Source: Ptychomitrium polyphyllum
Lineage: Eukaryota
Assembly: GCA_973851085.1 (NCBI GenBank)
Contig: OZ316776.1
Span: forward strand, 13,206,001 to 13,270,000
DNA length: 64,000 bases
Reading direction: 5' to 3'
Shown: piece by piece, positions 40,267 through 54,100 of the stretch
How the letters are laid out: each line of letters starts with the position of its first letter
Numbering within the stretch: position 1 is the first letter of the stretch
Translations under genes and position numbers: made by a program
The notes under the pieces: generated by a model
Seen by the model: the letters and a program-made list of their open reading frames with translations, nothing else
Told to the model about the DNA's origin: nothing
Databases searched by the model: none

Positions 40267-42725
40267 CATGAGCCTGGTGCTCTCTGCCTCCGCTGGACCC
40301 TCCAACCGTGGCTGTGCAGGTCTTACCGTGGATGTGCCGAGTTGCCCGTGTCCCACGACCGGCTCTGCTGACTCCCCGAAATTTCTAGACCCCTTTGCGG
40401 TTTCGCATAGGATTCATTTTATTCTTTAGGAGTAAGTATCCTACATTTTTTCATGTGATATAAGGTACTTAAAGAACGATTCAAAGATCTGATGTACCAT
40501 AGAGATTATTTTTATTTATAGATAATCCGAAAAGTTTTCAAAAAATCTAAATTATTAATTATACTTGTTTTATAGGTGAGTAAATTTGATGGTGAAAAAG
40601 ATTCTCATGGTAGTAGGATTAGGGTCTTTACATTAAAATTAGTGTATATTTGTGGTGATCAGTTATATTGGGTGAAAACCGGTGTTGCCAAAAATAAATC
40701 ATTTTATAGGAAAAATTTCAATATTGCATATAAAAGAAAATTGCACTCTATTGCACAATCGGATCTACTATGTGTGAAAGGAAATGGAAAAAAGAAGAAG
40801 GGCTTACTCTAAACTTAAACCAGCTTTGCAAATTGTGTATGATGGAAGTGAATACCAAACAATCATAATCCATTGTATGGTTTCTGAAAAAAAATAATTT
40901 GGCTCACTATAACAGTTAGGATGCACTCCGTATGAAGATTTCAGCACATCATGTGGTCCAATCTAATATCGTATCCCCGTTTAGTGTTGCTTTTCGAGAA
41001 ATTTCAGGGTGGTCTGCTGGTTGGTAGGAAACAATCAGATTTTTTCACTACCACGCAAGACTATGCTTAATCTACGGAAATGAAAGTCAAGATATTTCAC
41101 GCAATCATGAATCGTAGATTTCGATCCCGCGGTCCCTCAACTTGACGCCTGCCACATGCCGGCCCCTTGTCGACAGTCTTAAATAACACAGGAGAGCATT
41201 TCTAGAGTGTAATGCCGTCTCCAAAATAGATTGCTCGTTCAGTCGAACAAAAACATGCGGCCAGTCACAGCACGTCGCCGCGCACTGGCCACTCTCCTCA
41301 CGCAATTTCCTTCCCAAACTCTTGGTTTGCAGTAGTTCCCGGAATCTATAACAGTTGAGGGCAAAGCTGGCGGCTACAAGTTGTCGGAAGTGGGGTGCAA
41401 TGAACCTTGCAATCAACGTAGAGCCCTCAGGGCTACGAAAAACCTTGCAGAGTTTCGGAGTTACAAGAGGGCATCTTAATACTTTACATTTAGTATCGTG
41501 GTGCTTTTCGACAAGTCTAGTACGCGTCGATCGGACGCGTGAGTGTCTGCGTCGTCTTACCAAATGCACGGACGGGTGCTTTCACAGACCAAACGCATCA
41601 GCTGCTTTTACTTTATGTGGTCCAGTTCACTGGAAGGTTGGTTGGAAACGCAACCTAGACTTGAAGCCTAGAGTTTAGAGAGCTTCGTAGAACATTCGCC
41701 TAGATTTTTGAGGTCCCGTGATGTCCGCACCTTGCACGTTGCTGTAAGCATCTGAACTTGTTGATTCATCAGGGTTTCGGGCATCGCGGATTCGCAGTCC
41801 AGCGAGTGTTCAGACGTGACCTTGGAAGGTCGCAGCTAGACAGGAGATGACTGCAGTAAATTTGACAGGTTTTTTCGGTGATATACACAAACTCGCATTA
41901 GATATCTGCAGCATTGGTCACTCACTTTGTTAGAGTCTTCTGTTTGCTCCTTGTATCGTTTGAACTTTCTAGTAGCAGCCCTGTGTACTCAATCTGCGCG
42001 AAAAGGGGTTTTAATCAGTAGTCTTGTGTACTTTTAGCAACAATATCAGACACAGAGACGGTACAGGCAAAGTTTGAGATTTCGCGTTTGAACGATTGCG
42101 AGGCATTTTTGAGGATGAAACCAGGTAAGGTCGAGTCCGAGTGCCAGGGATTAGTATAGTATGAGTCCAGCCTGTAGCATTATGCCAATTGATGTGCATG
42201 TGATTTTATTTTCAGTATATTTTAGCAGTAGATTTTCCTTCTTTCAAATACCCAACTTTGTTCCTTTGGGTCATAGTGTCGGTTGTTTTCGGCATTTGGT
42301 GTTCAATTGTCTCGAGAATTTCCAAGAATTCCTCCACAGGTGCGAAGCGGGCCTGCAAGGAGCATGCTGTGTCGGATTGTTGCATGCTTAGATAGAAATG
42401 ATCCTTGCCCTATAATTTGGACGACCTGGGCAATGAAGAGAAGTGTCCAGAAATCCAACTTCTTTACCATGCCACGATTCTGAGATGCTCCTCAAACTAT
42501 CGGAGTTTAAGGGTTGGCATACTAGTGATAAGAGAAATTATAGACTGGTCTGGGAGGATTTGTCTGTGGCAGGGAACGGATTGAAGTTTAAGGGTTGTGA
42601 TTTCTATTCGAAGGCATTCGAAGCGTGTTATCTTCGCAGAAAAACGCTTCAAGCAAGTTTATTTCTTGGTTTAACTTAGCGACACTGGTGGGATTCAAAG
42701 CGGTTGCCCATCTCGAGCATTGAAG

Positions 42726-45700
42726 ATGGTGGTGGGCGGCAAGCATGCCCTTGCAAAGAAGCCTCGCTCATTGGAGATTATGTGCATTTTCCTGGGGCTT
42801 TTCATCATATCTTCCGTCCTTCTAACGCTCACCTCTGTTTCTCGGCGACGATACTTAGTAGATTCCTCCCGTTTTGCTCCAGGTGGGCCTCTCTTCACTT
42901 TTCTCAACATTTGGTGTATTTGGGATCTTGATTGAGTTTGGCCTTGCATCGATAGAAAATCAGTTACCATATTCAAGAGTTAGAATTAGCCTGCTCTCTT
43001 GGAAGACATTAGAAGAGGTTTCCGAAATTGGTGAATGTTCGGATACTTTAGAAGTAGGTTGACTCAAACTGAGATTCGTGGATCGAGATCATGCTTACCA
43101 CGTCCAGAAGCATTCTCGAATTTGCGATGCTATAGATTTCCCAGCAATCAACTCCAATTGAATTATTGCCTTGTCTGCACCTTTAGGTCTGGAGCCTGCA
43201 TTTACTCCTGTCTACAGGTAGTCAGTCACACTACGTTCCTTTCAGACAGTACACTGAATAATTATCCTGGTACAATAATGGGTTATTTCTTTTAGCTCCC
43301 TTATTGAACCTTTTACGTCAGATTCCAAGTCCTAGACTGGGAAATGAAGTTAGTGGCACAATTGGATTCAAACTTACGAAGACATTAACTAATACAAGTC
43401 TTCTCTTACTGATTTCCAGCATCCCACTTATTTCAGCCTAATTTGGGTTAATCGTGCTCTAATTTAGCTTTAGTTCCTACTTCCGTTAGTTGCAACATCA
43501 TAGCGAGGGTTGGTGTGGTACGTTTAATTCACCTAATTCACCTAAATAAGATTAAACACCGACAGATGAGTTCAGTTCAGTAGCTTGTTCAAGTGAGGAA
43601 CCGGCGAGGGGCCAGGTACCTGTAACTTGGAACCCGGCATCTGCAACCTGCAAGGACTGAACCCCCCTGTAACTGTAGTTCTAGGTTCCGTACTACAACA
43701 CAGAAGGACTGCTACACGGCAGTGATGACGACATTGTGATGCAAATAAACGTGCAAACTTTGTAAAACCCGATTGCATTGCTTTATGAAATTTTCGAGGA
43801 AAACTAGTTTGTCACTTGAGACCTTCAAGTGAATTGTCAAAACCAAGTGTATTAACAAAACTACCGAGTTAAGACACTATTTAGAGAATTGTCGACTTAC
43901 AGATGATTTGTATGGTAATGCACAGAGGCGAAGACTTTTAAAGCTGGCGATTGGGCTCTTGGTGATCGAACTTTCGGTGGCTTGCTGTTACCACCGACAA
44001 GCTATGAGCCTGGACAGTGCATTGCCAGGTCTGAGGAAAGCCTGATTCGGAAACCCAGTCCTTACCGCCCATCGTCCTACTTGATTGCCAAGCTCCGGGA
44101 ATACGAGGTCCGCCACAAGAAGTGTGCACCTAAAGCTGTGAATTTCAGCCAAAACGGCACCAATTCGAGAGAGGACCTCGGTGATTGCCAGTTTCTGGTG
44201 TGGATCGCTAACAGTGGGCTTGGCAACCGGATGATCACCATTGCATCTGCTTTCGTGTATGCGCTCCTCACAGACCGTGTGCTTTTGCTGGATCATTCTA
44301 AGACGGATATTGGTGGCCTCTTCTGTGAGCCGTTTCAGGGAACAACATGGCTCTTGCCTGAGAATTACGATTACAAGTGGATGGACCAAGTGATATGGGA
44401 GAACAACCACCGGCTGGGACACTTGCTCCAATCCAGTGGCAATGCAAATGTGACTCTTCCTGCTCCTGTGCTGAACAACTACGTCTTCGCTAACCTGATG
44501 CACAACAATGACGAGCATGACAAGCGGTTCTTCTGTGGAAAGGTGCAGAAGCAGCTGAGGAAGGTGCCGCTGCTTTACTGGAGGTCCAATAATTATGTCG
44601 TGCCAGGGCTTCACTTTGTGCAATCCTTCCACCGTGAGCTTGACGCAATGTTTCCGGAGAGGGACACTGTGTTTCATCATGTGTCGCGGTATCTTTTCCG
44701 GCCATCAAATCTCATGTGGGGAATTGTTTTGCGATTCCGACAGCCACACCTCGCTGCTGCACACCAGCAAGTCGGGCTCCAGCTCCGCATTCTCGAGTCG
44801 AATGTCACGGGCCCTGCTGCGGCTGATCAGGTGCACATTCGAATATTCTTTTCTGCTTGCGATCCTTGCCTCCTTGACAGATCAACTGCGCATGATAACA
44901 TCTCAGCTCCAGAGTCTCTTGAGTTCAATGTTTAGATCAAAATGGTGAAAGCATTGAGAAAGCGCAGCTTGGGAAATTTAGGCAAATGAGTTTTGGGATC
45001 TACAGTTGTTACAAGCGTAGCTAGTGTAGTACCTTTCGTAGCATTTTTTGTTCAAACAGAATCCTAATTTGTTCTTGCTATGACGTTCAGCTCCTGGCGT
45101 GCGTCTTGGGGAAGGAAATTCTGCCTAAACAATTTCCGAATGCAGAGGATAAACTACTAAGCTCAAAAACAGGTTTCACAGCGGTGCTAGTAACGTCTCT
45201 GGACGAGGTCTACTACCAAAAACTGCAGAGTTATTACTTAGACCTCCCTGCAGAAGGAGCAGACTACATCGGGGTTCACAGCCCAAGCAAGGAGGAGGTC
45301 CAGCAGTTTGGATTCGATCATGACAAGAAAGCATGGGCAGATATATACCTTCTGTCTCTGAGTGACACTCTGGTGACGAGCCCTTGGTCCACTTTCGGCT
45401 ATGTCGCGCAGGCTCTGGCAGGAACCATTCCCTGGATTCTGACGAAGACAACATCCGCGGAGACAGCCGAGGAAACATTTCAAGAACACGGACACTGCAA
45501 TCGTGGAATCTCTTTAGAGCCCTGCTTCCATGCCCCTCCACCTCTGGACTGTAAGGGACGCGGCCCGGGCTATGCCCTGAAGCCCACCTCCATTCTCCAC
45601 TTCATCAAGCCATGTGAGGATGTGTTGGGCGGTGTCAAAATAATGTCAAGTATTGCAAATGATGGAACCGAGGAGTGGGTGCCACAATCGATGCCGAGGT

Positions 45701-45744
45701 CAAAATCTAGCATGCGCCAACAACATGAAGAATCTGTAACCTGA
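42726..45744 (+). CDS. GT37 alpha-1,2-fucosyltransferase (xyloglucan/AGP FUT family); exons ~42726-42882, ~43926-44830, 45091-45744
   Basis: Exon 1 encodes an N-terminal type II membrane anchor (IMCIFLGLFIISSVLLTL). GT37 motifs are KPSPYRPSSYLIAKLREYE, SGLGNRMITIASAFVYALLTDRVLLLD, LFCEPF, VFHHVSRYLFRPSN, VGLQLR, AWADIYLLSLSDTLVTSPWSTFGYVAQALAG and SLEPCFHAPP. A small extra exon near 43566-43615 is possible. Confidence 0.9.
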
Positions 45745-47229
45745 GTTCATTATAAGCTTGGACATCAGCGTTTACCAATCCAAAAGCCTAGGGTACGCTA
45801 TGTTTGTTGAAGACCTTAAACCCTAACGCAGAACTTATCCCAAGCATGGCCTTCAGACTCTCTGCATTTCAATGCATTTATTCACGAAGACAGGGGTGCC
45901 AACACATGCGAGAAGAGACCAACGGAAATTACCAACCAAGGAAGAGTGTCATGTAATGAGATGGAAAAGAAGAGTGATTGGTTCCGTCACGCCGTATTCT
46001 CAATATTTTTGGGAATCACATTGTTCCTAAGAAGCCCACAAACATGCTCAGATTCAGCATGGACGTACACACTTAGCATCAAGCTTCTGGGGAAACTGAT
46101 ATACTCTTGGATGCTATGAGTAGGATGCAATCGAATCTTCCCTTTGTAACGTTTATAAACAGGGCTCAGCAATTTCTGAATCAATGAAATGCTATCAATC
46201 TTTTGACCACTTGAATTCTCTGTTTCATTCGTTGATACATGGTGAAAGAAGAGTGTAACACCTGTGAATATTGGGTTTGCTTCAAGTTTCAGTGTAGTGG
46301 TTTATTGAACATCTGTATCCTGATTTTAGCATTTTGTTTAAATTCCAAGCACAACACTAGATTGGTGTATAAGGCACCTGGATGGTTGATTCCAAGTTCT
46401 TTACCAGAAGATGGACAGTATAGAATGATCTGGAATGGTGGGGCAGAGCCATTTTTATTTGATTCTGAAGGTGAGATTTTCAAATTTCACACTGCTCCTA
46501 CGTAGTGAGTCCAACGCCTTCATCTCAAGCTCAAGTAACCGTACTCACACCATTCCGGATCATTCTTTCCATCCGACCTTTCCATCCACTGTTAAATAAC
46601 TGCCATTAGCACACAGCCTGATGGAGCTCATTGACATAAGAATCTCCGAAACCTGGATATAGACGATCAGACATCGAAGTTTTCGTATGAATCTCTGCGT
46701 AATGGAGCCAATTTCCAAGATCTTAGAAGTCTACAATACATACAATACATACACTTAGACTCCTTATTAATCACTCACCTCAGTACTGCCACTAGATACT
46801 ACATAGGTCAACTTGGTGCATTGTCTCTGGACAAAACTACAGGTGCACTGAGGTCTTCATAATCGTAGATATTTCCGAAACTCCTCTAACTTCGACTGCC
46901 CTCAAACCAAGAATCCTAGGAGCTGAAGAAATTGACCTTCTCAACATTCCAATCAGACTATCAGTACAAAACCAAAATAATGGAATAGCAAGCTGGTGCA
47001 ATTCATGTTCCCTACTTTGCTGAGAGTCGGTTCAATTCAGATTTTAAATTCGTCACAGCACCAAGACCCACTTCCACAACTAATAGATCATCACGAGTAT
47101 GCTCTCAACGACCTGAAAAGACTGACGCATCTGGAGCAACAACGGACGCCTGCAAGCTGGAGTAGGAAGAGGATTAGGATGATCCTTCTGCAGCCGCCTG
47201 GACATTGGTATCGTTAGAAGCCGACCACG

Positions 47230-48270
47230 ATATGACTACTTCAGAAATTCCTGACCAAGAGAGATAGCTCGAAGGCTTGTGGTCTGACAGAGGAGGCAAA
47301 GGCAGCTTTATGTCCTCCGAGATTTAAAGCAGTTGGGAGACGAAACACATGGATGGTCGATCTTTAGAATTTGGGTTGCAGCCCAGAAGTCCCTAGTGCA
47401 GCAGATTTTTTGTCAGTTTCTTGTCTCCCATGGCACCATATAGGGGGAAGAACGCTGAAGGATTGATATCTTTAATATCTTCCGTTATCAAAATAATTGT
47501 CGCCTCTTGCGCCTCAATCCTTCTAAATGATCTCAAAAAATCCTCGTTTAAAGGGGAGAATTGCTTCCAATCTCGAATCAGCCACTCCCAGAATATTGCC
47601 ACCCTCGTGTGCCCGCAATACCCAGTTCACTAACATTCCCTCTCCTCGGTCAACAGTTCTTATCTGAAGTAGTCGATTCTTGCACATCACTACAACATCA
47701 GCACGCCGAAGCTGTAAACTTCGGACTCCTTGGTTGCTTTACCTGTGTAGCATTTCGGTAGCCATGCATCCTAAAGTTCCTGCCATATTCAAGGAATTCT
47801 CAACCTTCTGGTAGTCGATCAGACGAGCAAGTCCGAAATCTCCCAAGTACGCATTCCAGTGACCATCAAGCAGAGCATTGCCAGCTTTGATACCTCGATG
47901 CAGCACAAATTTCTCACATTCCTCGTGCTAGTATGAGAGCGCCGCGGCGACCCCGCTGAGAACATTGTGCCGCAGATTTAAAAGAAGTGTCTCCTCCTCG
48001 TTCAGGTCTGAAGATTGAAAGAGCCGCTCATCGAGACTGCCGTTGCACAAACAGTTATTCACAAGCAGCAAACGGTCTACGTCGTGGCCCCATCCTCGCA
48101 CCTGCACCAAATTCCGGTGTGGAACGTAGCTCAGGGTGGTTGCTTCTGCTTGCTTAGCACTCTTTCCCGTGCTTGTTCTCCATTCTCATTCGTTTCACGG
48201 CCACAAGAGCATCAGAAGAAAGAGTTCCCTCGTTCACAGCTCCGAATCTACCGCTTCATTGACCATCCAT
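47230..48270 (-). pseudogene. Receptor-like kinase pseudogene (L-type lectin RLK-like kinase domain)
   Basis: Fragments GRFGAV..GTL, LVAVKR, HRNLVQVRGW, NGSLDERLF, VLSGVAAALSY*HEECEKFVLHRGIKAGNALLD, YLGDFGLARL, MAGTLG, KATKESEVYSFGVL, GLLGCNPNSKDRPSM. There is a stop at 47930-47928, an HRD->HRG change and several frameshifts. Confidence 0.85.
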
Positions 48271-51087
48271 GCGTTTGGGTTGCTGTAAATGCTATTGTGC
48301 CATTGCGCCCAAGGGAGCCACCACTGGTGCCCACACCGAGATCGAAACTTCCTGAAGAGTTAGTCCTGTTCTCCAACCGAGCGCCATCTTGCATGATAGA
48401 GCACAATATTCGTGGATCTGAGTATCTGAAGTCGCCCTCGCTCTGTCATCAATCAAGCAGTTCAGCCTATTTTGCATGAGTCCGTACCCATGCATGATTT
48501 TACGTACCTACATGCCTACTTAATACGCATTGATCCGTTTGACTACAGACACTCTCGCTGCCCACTTTGAGGCCACGTGCTGTCAAGGCGATCATGCGAT
48601 CCTCACTCCCAGAGTATGATCTGACAAAGTAAGAACTGTTTCAGTGGCAAACTCAGCTGACTCTGCATTGAGAGCACCGACAAGAGCTTACAGCTTACAA
48701 CTTACAACTGCCATCCTGAGCTTCAAAGTTGGTATCTAAATACAACCACAATTCAGTAGCGACGCATCTCCTTCTGGGTAGTTGCACAGCATGCAGGCAC
48801 GCTCTTCTTAAGACTTGGGGTATGTGCGTTGTTGTGGAAAATCTATCCTTTTGAAAACGCTCTAAAATAAATTGATGATAGCTTGGATTGTAGAAATAAG
48901 GCCATGGTGAGATTGAAGCATGCACAATTTCGGATTGCAGCTTATTTGTGGTTTTAAGACTTCACATTGAAAATATAGAATTTTGAAACTCTTTTTTAAT
49001 CAAACGTATTATAGGTTATATGAGAGTTCAAAAATGATTATCAAGTATGATTTTATTTTTTTGCAATTTCAATTCAAAGCCCATGTAAGGTGTCTTGTGT
49101 AGATTTTTATAAAACCTTTTAAATAACAAAAAAAATCTTTAACTTAAATAAGAAAAGTTTTTTAGCAAGTAGGTTTCTTACATACATCAAATCCAACATT
49201 GCATTTAGTTTTATTAAAAATTGCATCAAAACTTGTGGAATTAAGTAAAATAGACTAATTTCTATATGTGTAAATTTTTTGAAGATTATGTTCTAAAATA
49301 GGAACACAAACTATTTACATTTTATATAACGCTTATTGCAACACCATAAAAAAGTAAAAGGTTTTTTAATCTAGAAGTAATTTTTTCCAAAATTCAATAT
49401 TACATTTGCATAAATAACTATGGATATTACTTACTTTTTATACTTATATGATTTATTTCCATCAAATCATCTTATAGTATGTTTAGAAGATCCAAAAATG
49501 ATCAAAAACAACAAATGTGATGAAAAAATGGTACATTCTAATGTGCAATTATCATTTTGGTTTTTGCCTTTGAATTCTAAATTGTTAATTTTGAGTTGTA
49601 AAATATTTCTTAAACTATTGTAAAGAATTTTTTTGTGCATTAATTTATGTAAAGAAATTTTAAAGGATAACCAACATATTTTTGTATTTAAATTTAAATG
49701 CTTAACTTGAAATTTAAAAATAATTATCTTGCGGTTGTATTAGAATTAATTTCTATTTAGAAGAAAATTTGATTTAAAGATTCATGCTACAATTTTAGAT
49801 AGCTATACTTATGACAAATGTGGACTATTATCATTAAACTCATTTTATAACTTGAATCCATTCTATTTATGTTTGATATTAAAGAAGCAATGATAAATCT
49901 ACATAGCATTTGAAGAAATCAAAGTGAAGAAAAAATTCCAAAACATATCATCCATTATTAAGCCTAGAATTTTATAAATACATATTACACAATTATGATT
50001 CTTTTTAGCAATAAGCATTGTTTTTTATTGTTTTTCTACACTAATTCCCTTTTAGCTGTAGACCTTAGTGCCATTGTTTTATTGAAGCATATGGATAAAA
50101 TGATATGAACTGTTTAATGCCATAGGTAGTATCTATTTTATATAATCCTTGATTACTATATATTATTGCATTTTGTGCATATATCAAATTCAATTAAATA
50201 AAGATGGAATATAATTAAAGATTATAGATGATAAATTAATATTTATTATATAAAGAATTTTGAATTTTACATTTTCAAATGTCATTTTGCTTTAGCATCA
50301 TAGCAAGCCTCCAATGCATTTTTCTTCAGTGGATTAAATTTCACTCCTACTAATTTGGATCATTTTGTGCTGAACATTGTTTCCATCTTTTAATGAAGAA
50401 CCGTCATTAACACATATTAATTTATTTGAGTTCATTGTAATAAATATATGTAATTATATATATACTCTAAACATATGTAACATCTTTTATAATTGACTTA
50501 GTTTAATTTTTGAATTTAATTTTTGTAACTAATGTTTTATCCTTCATCATGTTTTGATTGCAATATTGAGCCATGAATACAATTGTAATATTTATTTCAA
50601 TAGCATGTAGAATAAGGTTTTATAAAAATTAAACTTCTTAGGAAATTATAGACCACCAAATTATAAAAATAGCTTTATTTTAATAAAAGCAATTCTTTAT
50701 AAACTTGACAATTTTTAATTCTTTCTGAATTTAAATTTACTAAAAAATTTTCTAAAAATTCTTTCCTTCATGTAAAAGTCATTTTCATACCAAAAAGAAA
50801 ATAAGTATATAATATAATTATAAAATGAATAAATACACTAATTTTTTTTAATGACAATTACAATACTTTTATCAAATGAAAGTAAGAAAGAAATAAAAAG
50901 TTACATAAAAAAGCCAAATTAATTATAAAAAAACATATCTAAATTATTATTGAAAAATTTAAAGAAAATTATTTATTTTTAAAGTAAAAATAATACCTTG
51001 CATTATTACTCATGGATTCAAGTAATGCATAATACTTTATTGTAAATATGAATTTTCAAGAAATTTGAATATTAACAACATACATAT

Positions 51088-51130
51088 AATTGACATACAT
51101 GCAATTGACATACATGCAATTGACATTCAT
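51088..51130. repeat. 15-bp tandem repeat (AATTGACATACATGC) x~3
   Basis: Seen directly in an AT-rich spacer. Confidence 0.7.
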
Positions 51131-54100
51131 TTCATGCTTTTAAATGAGACAATATACATATCATAAGTGCTTCTTTGAAAAGTGAACATATAAATTTCTA
51201 TTACATAATTTTTTTAACATGGTGTTATAGTTATTCAAAATCAATAGTGCTTATAATTGTGACTTTAAAGCAAGTGAGCATAATTAATAATATTAAATGT
51301 GAATTTTATTTTATCAACTTATAGGAACTTAAGGATTAACATGGGCTATATTAAATTTGAATTTTCATGAAAATTAAAACTATCAAATTCATTGCAAATC
51401 CCAATTTAATTGCAATAAATACCATATATGAAAGTTGTTATCTTCTTTTTGAATACGTGGGAAGCAATATAAGTCACTCTCAAATTTGTCATTAAAGTAT
51501 GCTCTTGACAAAATAATGATCAACTATACTTAATAATAACATCAACTTCCTGTTTCATTAAATACCTTGTTATGGCAGCAAACATACAATATTTATACAA
51601 TTCAAACTTAGTATAATAATTAAAAATCTAATGCAGCCAAGAACTTTTAATATATTTTGAATGATGAACATAAAATAAGAATGTGTAATTTGTAAGCTTA
51701 ACTTGGAAATAATAATATCTAAATGCATTATTAATATTTTATCTAGTAGAAAACAAGTAAAATATGCAATAGCTTTTAAATAATGTTTAATAATTCAATA
51801 TTTATTTATTTATATATAAATGCAAACATTTTCACATTTTGATATCCAAATCTTTTAAATAGATGGAGAATTTTTATAACAAGCATTTTGAAGAGTTTCT
51901 AAATTAATTTTTTTTTATCAAATGAATATTATAATACAATAGAAAGTATTTGAGTCCTAAAAAGGTATAAATATATAGATTCTCACACCAAATATCAAAG
52001 TCTAAGAAAAAAGTAACATTGTATTATAGCCATTAATAAAGAAAGAATGAATATTCGAACTTTAATTAATCCTTAACTATTTGTGACTTTTTCATTAGGA
52101 AGATTTTTAGTAATGAAAACCTTCAAAAATCCACATAGAAATTTTGAAATATTGCAAAATTCTACAAAGTAGCCTTATAAACTTGAAATAGGCTTGATTG
52201 TAGAATTCCACAAACAAATGCATCAATATTTAATTGTGTGGCTCTAAGATTATAACATTTGATGAATTTAAATGTTGCAAGAATGAATTGCACAAATTTG
52301 AAGAGTGAAGTTTGAGACTTCATATTTTACAATGAGAGTATTCAAAGGGTTTGAAATTTTATATAGCTACTATATATGTAGTTTTTTTTTATTTCTCTAA
52401 GATATTCCATATTTTTAGACTACTTATTTTAATTTTTTTTTTTGTCCAATTAGACATGTTGGTTCTTAGAAGTAGGCACTTTTCTTGACCACTATGCAAC
52501 TTTCGGCTCAAAGTTCTTTGCTTTTTTTTAAGAAAAAATTTGAATCCTTATACAAGCTCTAATATTTTGCAATATTATAGAGTTAGCTTTTCTTTCCAAA
52601 AATACACAAGTCAACTTCTAAATACCTTTGAAATCATTTAATGTTTTATTTTGGTAATATGGTGTGGAGATAGACACTTTGGACGAGATAGACACTTCGA
52701 ATGCTATGAAAATCACGCTATAATTATACAATGTACTTGGTGCAACAGGGAGGAATAAATGTGAGGGGCTGGAGCCAGGAATAAAAGAGGAAGCGGAGTG
52801 GATTGAGCGTTTGCTACTGATTGAAAGGGCAATGAGCAAACAGCACGGCGTAGTAGCAGCCTCAAACAACCACAACCGTAATGGACAACAACTTGACGTC
52901 CTCAATGACGAGGAGCTTGTTAGAGACATGGCAAGGCAAGCATCAACGAGGGAAATGCAATGGCAAACATGATCAACAACAACGTGATGGTAGGTCGGTG
53001 ATACTGAAGGAGGACAATGGCGACGGCCGCTGTCATGGCGAGCGTCAACCTAGGAGATTGAGCAGCAAGGGAGCAAGTGAGGACGGTGGCAAGGAGGGGT
53101 TGGGTTAAGCGAGGATGTGGGCTATGCATGTGAGTCGGGACTTGAAACGATCAATGATGGGCAGGGCATCATGCAACATGGCGGTGTTTGCTCAGCTGGG
53201 GATGCCGAAGCGCCCAGTACCAAAAACGTGGTAAAATTTCCACAAGAACAATTTACACATCTCTGTCGATCTGGAAACTTTGGTGGAAATGCACTCTAAA
53301 AGGGATCACTCACCAAACTTCAACAACTTCTGTACACGTCACCCGGATGGGTCTTATTTCCTTAAGCTTTCCATTCGGCAATCTCGAAGGGACACACTCA
53401 TACTCCTCAACGGAATTGTCAAGGTAGTACAGAGAAATATACCTTTCATACATCCAAAAGAGGAAGAGGAAAGATGAAATAGGTGCTGTGCAGTCCCATC
53501 TACAATGCATTCACATGAATTACTCGTTAATACATGCACAACAGCTGGACGAACTAGAAATACGTATTTAAGTTACAGTACAGTGCACAAGCACACGGAA
53601 CGGCACGGCCCTCAAAACAGGTAAAGTTCTCAACACATGACAGTTTCACAGTTCAGAAAAAGGAAGGCCCTTTGGAGCTGATTCCAGATGTATACCGTAA
53701 ATATGGATCATGTTGGTCAAAACTTGAGGATCACCTGGGACGTGTAGTTCGAGGAGGATTGCATCCTTGTGGTTGTGTAACTCAGTCGTGGACTGAAGAC
53801 CATCACGTGCAGGTCAGTGCTGGACTCTGGAGCCTGGAATCTCATGAGTATGTTGATCACATGATCATTAGCTGTAAGGCCGACAGTGTAGGACAGCGCA
53901 TTAAGTTTGCATGGTGACATACATTAAAAAATTCTAGGGATTATAGAGAACTTTTATGTTCCAATTTTCTTGACAGCTGGGGTCTGGCCAAAGTGGCGTG
54001 ATGATATGATAAAAGACTGGCACTTTCCGAGGTTTATGTGGAGTTTGTGTTCTCGTCAGGTACGTTTGCTCTGCAGCTTTCGGCTGCTGTGGATCTTTGA

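Noticed and set aside
43988..44680. 230-aa ORF antisense to the fucosyltransferase
   Set aside because: Shadow ORF of a GC-rich coding exon with no recognisable motifs.
52700..53200. Purine-rich stretch with short ORFs on both strands
   Set aside because: Low-complexity sequence at the edge of an AT-rich block, with no coherent frame or splice structure.
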